From the NCBI GenBank assembly GCA_003132445.1, contig PKXU01000152.1, forward strand, positions 32,667 through 96,666: a DNA stretch of 64,000 bases. The letters are read 5' to 3'. How positions within the stretch are numbered: the first letter of the stretch is position 1; each line of letters starts with the position of its first letter. The notes below the pieces were generated by a model. That model ran no database searches. It was not told the DNA's origin and saw nothing but the letters and a program-made list of their open reading frames with translations. Shown in pieces: positions 44,028 to 52,433 of the stretch. The stretch is from Acidobacteriaceae bacterium (GTDB taxonomy: Bacteria > Acidobacteriota > Terriglobia > Terriglobales > Acidobacteriaceae). Made by a program: the position numbers and the translations under genes.

Positions 44028-44684
44028 ATGGCCAAGCGAACAAGTGTGTTCAACACAAAAAACTTTCTCACAACGGCCGGTCCCGGACGGACGATGATGT
44101 CGTTTCGGAAGCGAGCAACAATCTTTGCGCAAGGAGATGCGGCGGACGCTTTGTTCGTGATTCAACAAGGAAGAGTGCAGCTCAGCGTACGATCCTCGGC
44201 TGGCAAGGAAACGACTCTCGACATCTTGAGTGAGGGAGATTTTGTGGGAAAAGATTGCATCGCCGGCCAGGACTGCCGCACCGCCTCCGGCACCGCAATG
44301 ACTGACTGCAGGCTTTTGCGAATCGAGAAAAAGGTTATGCTGCTCGCGCTAACCCGCCAGGCGAAGTTGGCGAACTTGTTCTGCGGATTTGTGCTCGCCG
44401 AGAATCTTAAATACCAGCAGGACATAGTGGATCAACACTGCAACCGCAGCGAAAAGAGATTGGCACGGATTCTGGTGTTGCTCGCCCATTTTGAAGCTCA
44501 TGGGGCGCCCGAGGCCACGATTTCGCGGATCAGTCATGAGACGCTGGCGGAAATGGTGGGAACAACACGGTCGCGGGTCTGCTTCTTCATGCAGAAGTTC
44601 AAAGCCTCGGGATTTATCGACTACGGATCCAAAGGCAAGCTGTTCCAAGTGCATCGCAGGCTGCTTGGTTATTGTGAGCAATAG
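44028..44684 (+). CDS. Crp/Fnr-family transcriptional regulator
   Basis: cNMP-binding fold (IFAQGDAADALFVIQQGRVQLS...GDFVGK) plus C-terminal HTH (ETLAEMVGTTRSRVCFFMQKF). Confidence 0.85.
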   Translation: MAKRTSVFNTKNFLTTAGPGRTMMSFRKRATIFAQGDAADALFVIQQGRVQLSVRSSAGKETTLDILSEGDFVGKDCIAGQDCRTASGTAMTDCRLLRIEKKVMLLALTRQAKLANLFCGFVLAENLKYQQDIVDQHCNRSEKRLARILVLLAHFEAHGAPEATISRISHETLAEMVGTTRSRVCFFMQKFKASGFIDYGSKGKLFQVHRRLLGYCEQ

Positions 44685-44793
44685 AATGCCGGCCCTGCCC
44701 TCGTGACTGGCACTCCTTGACTGGCTGTCTTGAGAAGAACAAATTTCGAGCTACGGATGCAAAGCTGTCCAGACCGCACAACTTCGGCCGTGA

Positions 44794-45591
44794 TCAGGCC
44801 TGTGCAGCCTCCATCGGTGCGCTGCGATCTTCGAACTGGACCGGTCGAGCCACGGCATAGAGAGGAACCGTGGCCCGCAGGCTGGTTCCGTGACCATCCG
44901 ATTCGATTTCCAGATGGCCGTTCAGCTCGTGCAAGCGCTCGCGCATCCCAGCCAAACCCACTCCGGCTTCCGCGCTGACTCGACGAAGCAGACGCAACCG
45001 TTCCGCAGATATACCTTTACCGAAATCTCTTATTTCGAGGACCACAGTTTCGGCTTCACGCTTAAAATAGACGATCGCATCCGAGGCTCCAGAGTGGCGA
45101 TGCACATTGGTCAGGCTCTCCTGCAGGACGCGGAATAGAGCGACTTCCATGCTCTTGGGAAGACGGTCCCGCAAAGTTGCAATCTCGGCCTTGACGTTGA
45201 TTCCGCTGCGCTTGGAGAAGCCCTCGATATACCATTCGGCGGCACAGGCAAATCCCACTTCATCCAGCAAGGGCGGGTGCAGCAAGTAGGATATCGTTCT
45301 AATCTCCTCCAGAGCCTGGTCTGCCAGAGCTTCCACGTCAGAAATAAGGGCCAGCTTCGCTGGATCTTCCTTGCAACTTTGCCGCATGAACAGAATGCTC
45401 ATCTTGAGAGCCGACAGGGTCTGGCCCGTGCTGTCGTGCAAGTCGCGGGCGAATCTCCGCCGTTCCTCATCTTGCACCTTGAGCAGGCGCTGAGAAAGCT
45501 TTTGCAGCTCTGCGGTACGAGCGAGGACCAGCGATTCAAGTTCCTGATGTTCGAGAGCCAATTGCTTAGACTGTTTGGAACGGATCCACAT
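44794..45591 (-). CDS. Cytoplasmic histidine kinase, HisKA_3 (NarL-partner) type, without sensor domain
   Basis: EERRRFARDLHDSTGQTLSAL H-box and a HATPase region (...LQESLTNVHRHSGA...DFGKGI...GVGLAGMRERL). It has only a coiled-coil N-terminus and no TM segment. Confidence 0.8.
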   Translation of the reverse strand: MWIRSKQSKQLALEHQELESLVLARTAELQKLSQRLLKVQDEERRRFARDLHDSTGQTLSALKMSILFMRQSCKEDPAKLALISDVEALADQALEEIRTISYLLHPPLLDEVGFACAAEWYIEGFSKRSGINVKAEIATLRDRLPKSMEVALFRVLQESLTNVHRHSGASDAIVYFKREAETVVLEIRDFGKGISAERLRLLRRVSAEAGVGLAGMRERLHELNGHLEIESDGHGTSLRATVPLYAVARPVQFEDRSAPMEAAQA

Positions 45592-45887
45592 AATTTCTCC
45601 TGGGAGCGGTGGGGGAGATTTGAGGGGCCTTATTCCCGTATCTGCATTCTCCCGTTTTGGGAGTTATAAGTCTGATCACTATTGCTCATGCCCGCTTGTT
45701 CGAGGCCAGCGAGAGGCGTGGCTCAGGCACGATCCAGGCGCAGAAGAGAATAACGATTTAGTGACGGGGAATTTGTTTCTTGCCACTGCGGAGGCGTTCA
45801 CGAGTACGGTTTTCGCTTGACTGGTTCAAAAAGCTTTTACGGCTTGCTGAGGCTTTAGCGGAGCGAATTCTGATTCTGCCTGCTACT

Positions 45888-45910
45888 CGCGGGCGACGCG
45901 CCCGCGCCAC
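45888..45910. repeat. REP-like GC hairpin, family R2
   Basis: CGCGGGCGACGCGCCCGCGCCAC, directly after the phoU stop. Confidence 0.7.
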
Positions 45911-45913
45911 AAT

Positions 45914-46699
45914 TCAGCGATGGTGATCGCGGCGTCGAAGGTAGTCGATAAACATCTGCTCAACGGGTTTGTCGTGGGCGATGGAGACATGGCGGACAGG
46001 GCGTCCGCTGACGAAGTGACAGACTTCTTCGGCGAGATTCTTGGCGTGATCGCCGGCGCGTTCGAGTGACTGGGTCATGAAAATCACTTGCAGACTAGCC
46101 TGGCGGTGGATGTTTTCCGGATTCTCAATGTGGCGCAGGAACATCAGATTGCGCAGGCGGTCCATTTCGGCGTCGGCGCGCAAAACGTCGATGGCCTTGC
46201 TGACATCGCGACCGGAAAATGCGGATGCTCCGTCGGTCAGCATTTTTTCCAAAAGCGTCGCCATCTGCGTGAGGTCGCGAGTATCTTCCGGATCGATGCG
46301 TCCAGCAACCGAAAGCGCGCTGTTCGCAAAGCTGAGCAGAAGGTCGCCGATGCGCTCGAGAGCAATCATGACCTTCATGCAAGCAAGCAATTCGCGGGCT
46401 TGAGCGGGGTCGACTTCGGTAATTGCAGTGGTGACGCCACTGTCGATTTCAAGGTCGAAAGTATCCAGTTCGCGCTCGCGCTGACGCAGCGAGTTGAGCA
46501 ACGCGCTGGAACCAATGGCAATGCCTTCGGCCGCCGCCGCGGCGGCTTCCTTCGCCTTGTGGCAGGCTTCCCCGGTTCGGCGCACGAGGTACTGGTGAGC
46601 CGGTTCCGCATCGAGAATCTTCGTCGCGGTACTCAAGTGTGTGTGTCCTGCGTACGAGAATGCTGGCGAGGAGTGTATGTCTAGGACTCGCCGTCGCAA
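45914..46699 (-). CDS. phoU: PhoU-family phosphate signalling protein
   Basis: Two PhoU repeats with ALERIGDLL and SLERAGDHAKNLAEE. Last gene of the phoB-phoR-phoU string. The N-terminal start is uncertain. Confidence 0.8.
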   Translation of the reverse strand: MRRRVLDIHSSPAFSYAGHTHLSTATKILDAEPAHQYLVRRTGEACHKAKEAAAAAAEGIAIGSSALLNSLRQRERELDTFDLEIDSGVTTAITEVDPAQARELLACMKVMIALERIGDLLLSFANSALSVAGRIDPEDTRDLTQMATLLEKMLTDGASAFSGRDVSKAIDVLRADAEMDRLRNLMFLRHIENPENIHRQASLQVIFMTQSLERAGDHAKNLAEEVCHFVSGRPVRHVSIAHDKPVEQMFIDYLRRRDHHR

Positions 46700-46803
46700 T
46701 TTTGCGGGGTCGTCGAATACGATCGCCGGCTAAAGCATAGGATTTGCGACATAACTTGTGGTTAATACCCTGTGAATTTTAAGTCATTTCTTGTCAGATC
46801 AGT

Positions 46804-48537
46804 TTACGCGGCGGGGAGGGTGAAAGCGAAAGTGCTGCCATGGTTGAGTTCGCTTTCGGCGCGGATGGAGCCGCCGTGGGCCAGCATGATGTGTTTGGCG
46901 ATGGCCAGGCCGAGGCCAGTACCGCCGGATTCGCGGGAGCGGGCTTTGTCGACGCGATAGAAGCGTTCGAACAGTCGAGGCAAGTGCTCGGAGGCGATGC
47001 CGGCGCCGAAATCCTGAACAAAGAATTCAACACCGCGAACTGCGGGACGCGCGCCCAGAACAATGCGCCCGCCGGAACGGCCGTATTTCATGGCGTTGTC
47101 AATGAGATTGGAAAACACCTGATGAATTGCTTCGCGGTCGGCACGCACGGCAGGTAGAGATTCGACGGAGGTGTTCTTTTCGGAGGTCTCGATGATTTTC
47201 AACTCTACCCCCTGACTTCGAGCAATCTCGCGGAAACTTTCTTCGGCATCGTGCAGGAGTTCGATGGGCGGGACGGGCTCGGTATCGAAGCGCGTCTCGC
47301 CCGACTCAACGCGTGCCAGCGTCAGCAAATCTTCGGTGAGGCGCGCCATGCGTGCTGCATTCTTGCGGATGATTTCCAGAAACTCGCGGTTAGATCCGAG
47401 ATTATCGGCGCTGTCAAGAAGGGTTTCCGAGTATCCCTGAATCGAAGTCAGCGGAGTGCGAAGTTCATGGGAAACGTTGGCAATAAAATCGCGGCGAGTT
47501 TTTTCGACGCGCTCGGTCTCAGTAAGATCGCGGAGAACCGCGACGGCGCCGCCATCGGGCAAGGGCGCCGCGGTGACATCGAAAGCGCGGCCGGAGACGA
47601 TGGACGTAGCGCGCGTTGTCTTCACCTGTTTGGTTGCCGTCGCAGCTTTGACGGCAGCAAGAAAATCCGGATCGCGAATGGTTTCGACCACCGGAGCATT
47701 GAGGCGGGTGCGCTGCGGTACAAGCCGATCCATGGCCTGGTTCGCCCATTGCACCAGTCCGTCGGAGCTTATCGCGATGACGGCATCCTGCATGCTGTTG
47801 AGCAAAGTTTCTAATTGACGCTGGCTGGAGCGCACTGCCGCAAAACTACGTTCGACCTGGCCAGCGGTTCTGTCGATCGCAGCGGCGACGCGGCCAATCT
47901 CATCGATAGGCCGGTCTTGCACACGCGCCTGCAGATCCCCCCGCTCGATGCGGACAGCGACATCAACGATGCGCTCCAGGCGGCGCGAGGTCCACACCGA
48001 TGCGGAGGCGGCGATGATGAGTGCGATGATGAGAGCAACGGACGAACCCCAAAGCAGACGACGGTGCACCTGGGACTGGACTGCCTCAACGTCGGAAAGT
48101 GGGTAAGCAAGACGAACTGCGCCTCCGGAGACGGGCGCCGCCACGTAGAGAAACGGGATGCCAAGCGTGTCACTGCGACGCACGTTCTCTCCGGTCTGGC
48201 CCGCGAGCGCGGCAGCAAATTCCTTGCGGGTCGCGTGGTTCTCCATGTTGCTAGGATTCGATTCTGAGTCGGCGAGAACTTTTCCAGAAGCGTCGATGAT
48301 GGTAGCGCGAGCTCCGGCAGCGAGCCCTTCCTGCGCGGCAATTTCGTTGAGGCTGTGGGCGCGGTCAGTTTCCACGCGGTGGGCGAAGAGCAGAGTCTTC
48401 TGGGTGAGGTTGCGCTCGATCTCGGTGAGCAAAGAGGCTTCCCAAGCGCTGCCCAGCATAACGTCAAGAATGGCGGCAGTGGCGGCGATGACGATCAGAA
48501 AAACGGCAAGGAGTTTGAAGAAGATGCGGTTCTTCAC
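46804..48537 (-). CDS. phoR: Phosphate-regulon-type sensor histidine kinase (TM-HAMP-PAS-HisKA-HATPase)
   Basis: Two TM segments. FIANVSHELRTPLTSIQGY H-box. GGTGLGLAIAKHIMLAHGG G-box. Sits between the phoB-like and phoU genes. Confidence 0.8.
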   Translation of the reverse strand: MKNRIFFKLLAVFLIVIAATAAILDVMLGSAWEASLLTEIERNLTQKTLLFAHRVETDRAHSLNEIAAQEGLAAGARATIIDASGKVLADSESNPSNMENHATRKEFAAALAGQTGENVRRSDTLGIPFLYVAAPVSGGAVRLAYPLSDVEAVQSQVHRRLLWGSSVALIIALIIAASASVWTSRRLERIVDVAVRIERGDLQARVQDRPIDEIGRVAAAIDRTAGQVERSFAAVRSSQRQLETLLNSMQDAVIAISSDGLVQWANQAMDRLVPQRTRLNAPVVETIRDPDFLAAVKAATATKQVKTTRATSIVSGRAFDVTAAPLPDGGAVAVLRDLTETERVEKTRRDFIANVSHELRTPLTSIQGYSETLLDSADNLGSNREFLEIIRKNAARMARLTEDLLTLARVESGETRFDTEPVPPIELLHDAEESFREIARSQGVELKIIETSEKNTSVESLPAVRADREAIHQVFSNLIDNAMKYGRSGGRIVLGARPAVRGVEFFVQDFGAGIASEHLPRLFERFYRVDKARSRESGGTGLGLAIAKHIMLAHGGSIRAESELNHGSTFAFTLPAA

Positions 48538-48574
48538 GTTCTCGGCCTTCTTCTTGTGCTGCGCGGGAACGCTG

Positions 48575-49267
48575 TCATTTGGGAGATTCGAAGCGGTAAC
48601 CGGCGCCGCGCACGGTTTTCAGATAGCGGGGATTCTCCGGATCGGGCTCGATCTTTTCGCGGATGCGGCGAACATAAACGTCGACCGATCGCGGAGTGAC
48701 GTAGGCGGTGTCGCGCCAGACAGAATCGAGAAGATGGTCGCGACTAAACACGCGTCCCTTGTGGCGCGCGAAATAATCGAGCAGGCGGAATTCAGTCGCC
48801 GTTGTGGGAACTGGATTCCCGCCTACCGTCAGGGTCATGGCCGAAGGATCAATTTCAATGTCGCCGACCTTCATGAGGCTCGGCGGCAAGGGGCGCTCAA
48901 AGCGCCGCAGCACGGCCTTGACGCGGGCCACGAGTTCGCGCGGGCTGAAGGGCTTGGCGATGTAATCGTCAGCGCCGAGCTCGAGGCCAAGAACGCGATC
49001 CGCTTCACTGCTTTTCGCGGTGAGAAAAATTACCGGCACCGAAGCGAGACCGGACGTCTGACGAATGGTACGGCAGATTTCCAGGCCGTCCTTTCCAGGA
49101 ACCATGATGTCGAGGATGAAGAGAGCGGGACGCTGACGTTCGGCGTCGGTAAGGACGTTAGTGCCGCTGGAATATACGCGCACGTTGAAGCCTTCATTTT
49201 CGAGATGGTGGCGGACGAGGCGAGAAATATCGGGATCGTCTTCGACGACGAAAAGACTGGGTTTCAC
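48575..49267 (-). CDS. phoB: OmpR/PhoB-family response regulator
   Basis: GTG 49267 gives (M)KPSLFVVEDDPDISRL.... Receiver Asp in LFILDIMVPGKDG. Winged helix LTATEFRLLDYFARHKGRVFSRDHLL. The track ORF extends to 49531 through non-protein-like sequence. Confidence 0.85.
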   Translation of the reverse strand: MKPSLFVVEDDPDISRLVRHHLENEGFNVRVYSSGTNVLTDAERQRPALFILDIMVPGKDGLEICRTIRQTSGLASVPVIFLTAKSSEADRVLGLELGADDYIAKPFSPRELVARVKAVLRRFERPLPPSLMKVGDIEIDPSAMTLTVGGNPVPTTATEFRLLDYFARHKGRVFSRDHLLDSVWRDTAYVTPRSVDVYVRRIREKIEPDPENPRYLKTVRGAGYRFESPK

Positions 49268-49500
49268 GGGATTATTGTAACGAAGGCAGGGGCGAGTACC
49301 TAGCGCTGAGTGGCGGGTTTGGTGTTTGAAGGGCAGAAACGCGTGGATTTTTACCGAATATTCACAATCACGTTCGAGGCACGGTCGAGATGGTTGAATC
49401 CTGCGGGAGGACGTTACAGGTTCGGCAACGTTGACTTCAAGCGCGTGGAGTGATTTGATGACTGTTATTGTAGTGCTGCAGTCCTGAGAGGAACTCCGAC

Positions 49501-49707
49501 ATGTCGTTCGAAGAAGCATTGAATGTGGCATCGCGGGACGAAGGCTTCAAGGCTACTATTTACGCGATGAATACTCTGCTCATTCATAAGGGTATCTACA
49601 CAAAAGAAGAGTTTCAGGCGCTGTTCGTCGAATGGGTGGAGAAGGAACAAAGGCGCAAGGTCGCTGAACCGAGGCGAACCGAAGCGTCTAATGCGTACTC
49701 TGCTTAG
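49501..49707 (+). CDS. Small hypothetical protein (68 aa)
   Basis: GAGAGGAA lies upstream of the ATG. A helical-looking sequence (...KGIYTKEEFQALFVEWVEKEQRRK...). No homolog recognised. Confidence 0.4.
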   Translation: MSFEEALNVASRDEGFKATIYAMNTLLIHKGIYTKEEFQALFVEWVEKEQRRKVAEPRRTEASNAYSA

Positions 49708-49834
49708 TTCGGTAGGGCGGATGCTCGCAACCTGACTTCTTGTTTCCGCAGTGAATTCCTTTGTCGCAAGCCCAACAATCGCATTGACAGGATGGGGCAG
49801 GCTGGATTTCTCTCGGCGGCCTCTTCTTTGCCAT
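49688..49834 (-). CDS. Possible Cys/His-rich small protein (48 aa), metallothionein-like
   Basis: GAGGAG lies 10 nt before the ATG. MAKKRPPREIQPAPSCQCDCWACDKGIHCGNKKSGCEHPPYRTKQSTH (7 Cys, 3 His). Below the track cutoff. It overlaps track ORF 49704..49958 in another frame and the 3' end of 49501..49707. Confidence 0.3.
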   Translation of the reverse strand: MAKKRPPREIQPAPSCQCDCWACDKGIHCGNKKSGCEHPPYRTKQSTH

Positions 49835-50093
49835 ACTCGCTTAACTCCTCGCTGTCCGATTCCGGTGCAATCTTAAGAGATCTATAACGGAGCATCATCC
49901 TGCGACTGGCGAAGTATTGCCGGGCCACTCCGTCACCCTTGAACTTGGTTGGCATCACGAACAGGGCACGGCCTTACTTTGACATAGAAACACTGCGTTG
50001 GGGAACATAGCGGGTCCCACGTTGTTGCGGAAGAACTGTGGAGATCGAGAGATTCCAGTTGATCGGATCAGGAAAATAAACGGCGAAGCTTCA

Positions 50094-52268
50094 TCAGGCT
50101 TCTCGAACAGAAATAGCCAGATTCCTAGCTTTGTCGAGATTGAAACGTTTGCCAGGCGGGATCACAGTGGTGGCGCTGTATTCGGTAATGATGGCCGGTC
50201 CGGAGTATTGCTGGCCGGGTTCGAGTTGGTCTCGCTGGTAGATTTTTGTGGCGAGTTTCTTGCCGTCGAATTGGACCGGAACTTTGGGCGGGGACAGCCT
50301 GCCGAGCCTTGCTCGGCCTGGATCCCTCGGCTTCGCTCGGGACAGGCTCTCGGGGGCGGCCGTCCCCACATGGGCTGTGGTGGTTCGCAACGTGGCGCGG
50401 AGGCGGAGGGTTACTAGCTCGATTTCTCGGTTGGGATGGGTATAACCGTAGCGGCGGCGGTGTTCTTGTTCAAAGTCGCGTAGCAGATTTTTTGTGAGCG
50501 GGATATTGAGTTCGTATCCCTGACCGTGGTAACGCACGTCGACGCTGCCGATGAAATGTGGCTTTCCCTGCCATGCCTCCTGGCGAAAATCTTTCGCTGC
50601 GTTTTGTTTGAGTGCCGCGAATTCGCGATTCAATTTCTGCATGGGCAATTCGCCGGAGATGCGCCACAGAACCGTGCGCGAATATTCCTTGACGACATCG
50701 CTGGCGAGGATTCCGAGCGCGGAAAGCGCGCCGGGAAGCGCAGGAACGATGACCTGCGGAATGCTGAGCGCTTCGGCGAGGGCGCAGGCGTGCAAGCCTC
50801 CCGCTCCGCCGAAGGCGACGAGCGCGAAGTGGCGGGGATCGCGGCCGCGCTCGATCGAGACCACGCGGATTGCTTTTTCCATGGTGGCGTTGACGACGCG
50901 GACGACTCCAGCGGCAAATTGATTCAGCGTGAGTTTGGCGGGCTGTTTGTGTAACCACTCTTGCGTGAGGCGCCGGGTGCGTTCGAGATCGAGGGTGAAG
51001 TCTCCGCCGAGAAAGCGTGTGGGCTGCAGACGTCCGAGAAGGAGATTTGCGTCGGTGACGGTGGGCTGTGTGCCTCGTCCGTAACAAATAGGACCGGGAT
51101 CGGCTCCGGCGGATTCGGGGCCGACTCGGAGAACGCCAGCGGCATCGAAGCGGGCAAGCGAACCTCCACCGGCGCCGACCGTGTGAATATCGAGCATGGG
51201 GACGCTGATGGGAAGACCAGCGATCTGAGCATCGGTAGCGGTAGTGATGGCGCCGTCGACCAGGGAAACGTCGGTGGAAGTGCCACCCATGTCGAAGGCG
51301 ATGATGCGATCGAATCCGCTGGCGCGAGCCGTTGCCGCGGCGCCGACCACGCCTCCGGCCGGGCCAGAGAGAACCGTACGGACGGGTTCACGGGCGGCGG
51401 TGTTGAGGGCGGTGATGCCGCCGTTGGATTGCATGACAAAGATGCGCGCGGGGGCTGAAGCCCCATTTTTGCGGGCGGTTTTCGCGGCGCTGAAGCGCCG
51501 CTCTTCCACACGCTCCCCCACAAGCTCTTCCACAAGATGCGTTGACCCAAACTGCGCACCTGTCGAATGTCCCTTCCCAGAGCGCGAGTCCGCCGCGGCC
51601 ACACGGGTCGCCAGGTTTTCCAGGTAGCGCTGCATGATCGGCTGCAGGTAAGCGTTGATGACGACGGTGGAGGTGCGCTCGTATTCGCGGAATTCGGGAA
51701 GGATCTGGTGGGAGATAGAGAGTGGGACGGAGAGGCGCTTGAGCGCCGCGGCGACGGCTAATTCATTAGTCGGATTTGCAAACGAGAACAAGAGCGAGAT
51801 TGCGATCGATTGCGGCTTGGCGGTCTCGATCTGATTGGCGAGGGATCGCAATTCTCCAGGCTTCGGTGAAGTCAGAATTTCGCCGTTGCTGGCCGTGCGC
51901 TCGTTGACGCCAAAGCGAAGATCTTTGGGAACGAGAGGCTCGATCCGGTCGAAGAAAAAGTCGTAGAGTTTGGGACGGGCCTGGCGTCCGATTTCGATCG
52001 CGTCTTCGAATCCTGCGGTGGTGACTAAGGCGGTGCGCGCGCCTTTACGCTCGAGCAATGTGTTGGTGCCGACGGTGGTGCCGTGCAGGAGGATTAATTC
52101 GCCATCGTGTCCGATTTTACGGATCGCTTCGACGATGGCTTGCGAGGGATCGGCCGGCGTGGAAAAAACTTTGAGCAAGCGCAACCGACCGCGGTCTTGC
52201 CAGACGCAGTCGGTGAAGGTGCCGCCGGTGTCGATGGCGATGCGCAGGGGTTGGGGGCGGCTGGGCAT
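50094..52268 (-). CDS. hyuA: Hydantoinase A / oxoprolinase family protein (HyuA-like) with two REP-derived in-frame insertions
   Basis: RIAIDTGGTFTDCV, HGTTVGTNTLLERKG, VMQSNGG, LSGPAGGV, AFDMGGTSTDV and TVGAGGGS motifs. ATG 52268 was chosen because the track ORF start (52409) lies inside a REP element. Confidence 0.85.
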   Translation of the reverse strand: MPSRPQPLRIAIDTGGTFTDCVWQDRGRLRLLKVFSTPADPSQAIVEAIRKIGHDGELILLHGTTVGTNTLLERKGARTALVTTAGFEDAIEIGRQARPKLYDFFFDRIEPLVPKDLRFGVNERTASNGEILTSPKPGELRSLANQIETAKPQSIAISLLFSFANPTNELAVAAALKRLSVPLSISHQILPEFREYERTSTVVINAYLQPIMQRYLENLATRVAAADSRSGKGHSTGAQFGSTHLVEELVGERVEERRFSAAKTARKNGASAPARIFVMQSNGGITALNTAAREPVRTVLSGPAGGVVGAAATARASGFDRIIAFDMGGTSTDVSLVDGAITTATDAQIAGLPISVPMLDIHTVGAGGGSLARFDAAGVLRVGPESAGADPGPICYGRGTQPTVTDANLLLGRLQPTRFLGGDFTLDLERTRRLTQEWLHKQPAKLTLNQFAAGVVRVVNATMEKAIRVVSIERGRDPRHFALVAFGGAGGLHACALAEALSIPQVIVPALPGALSALGILASDVVKEYSRTVLWRISGELPMQKLNREFAALKQNAAKDFRQEAWQGKPHFIGSVDVRYHGQGYELNIPLTKNLLRDFEQEHRRRYGYTHPNREIELVTLRLRATLRTTTAHVGTAAPESLSRAKPRDPGRARLGRLSPPKVPVQFDGKKLATKIYQRDQLEPGQQYSGPAIITEYSATTVIPPGKRFNLDKARNLAISVREA
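50288..50373. repeat. REP/MITE-like element, family R1, inside the hyuA coding sequence
   Basis: GCGGGGACAGCCTGCCGAGCCTTGCTCGGCC...GGGGGCGGCCGTCCCCACATG, translated in frame as HVGTAAPESLSRAKPRDPGRARLGRLSP. Confidence 0.75.
51451..51510. repeat. REP-like bipartite element, R3-like architecture, inside the hyuA coding sequence
   Basis: GGGGCTGAAGCCCC, a 19-nt spacer, then GCGGCGCTGAAGCGCCGC. Translated in frame as ...EERRFSAAKTARKNGASAP.... Confidence 0.65.
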
Positions 52269-52330
52269 GGTTGGACGGAGAATTAGGGTAACATCTTCCG
52301 CAATTCCCACGTCTCGCAAAGACGGCGGGA

Positions 52331-52412
52331 CGTAGGGCGCCCCGGCGTCCGCGACAGAAAGTTCGGCGCTCGCTTCTCTCGCGGAACAGCCGAAGGCGGC
52401 TGTCCCCACATG
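52331..52412. repeat. REP/MITE-like element, family R1
   Basis: CGTAGGGCGCCCCGGCGTCC...GGAACAGCCGAAGGCGGCTGTCCCCACATG, between the sucA stop and the hyuA start. Confidence 0.75.
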
Positions 52413-52433
52413 AAGCGCGCGAGCTTACAAGTT

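Noticed and set aside
49704-49958. The 84-aa track ORF as a gene.
   Set aside because: Only its first roughly 40 codons look coding. The second half is Arg/Leu-rich and overlaps the Cys-rich ORF in another frame. I keep it as an alternative rather than a call.
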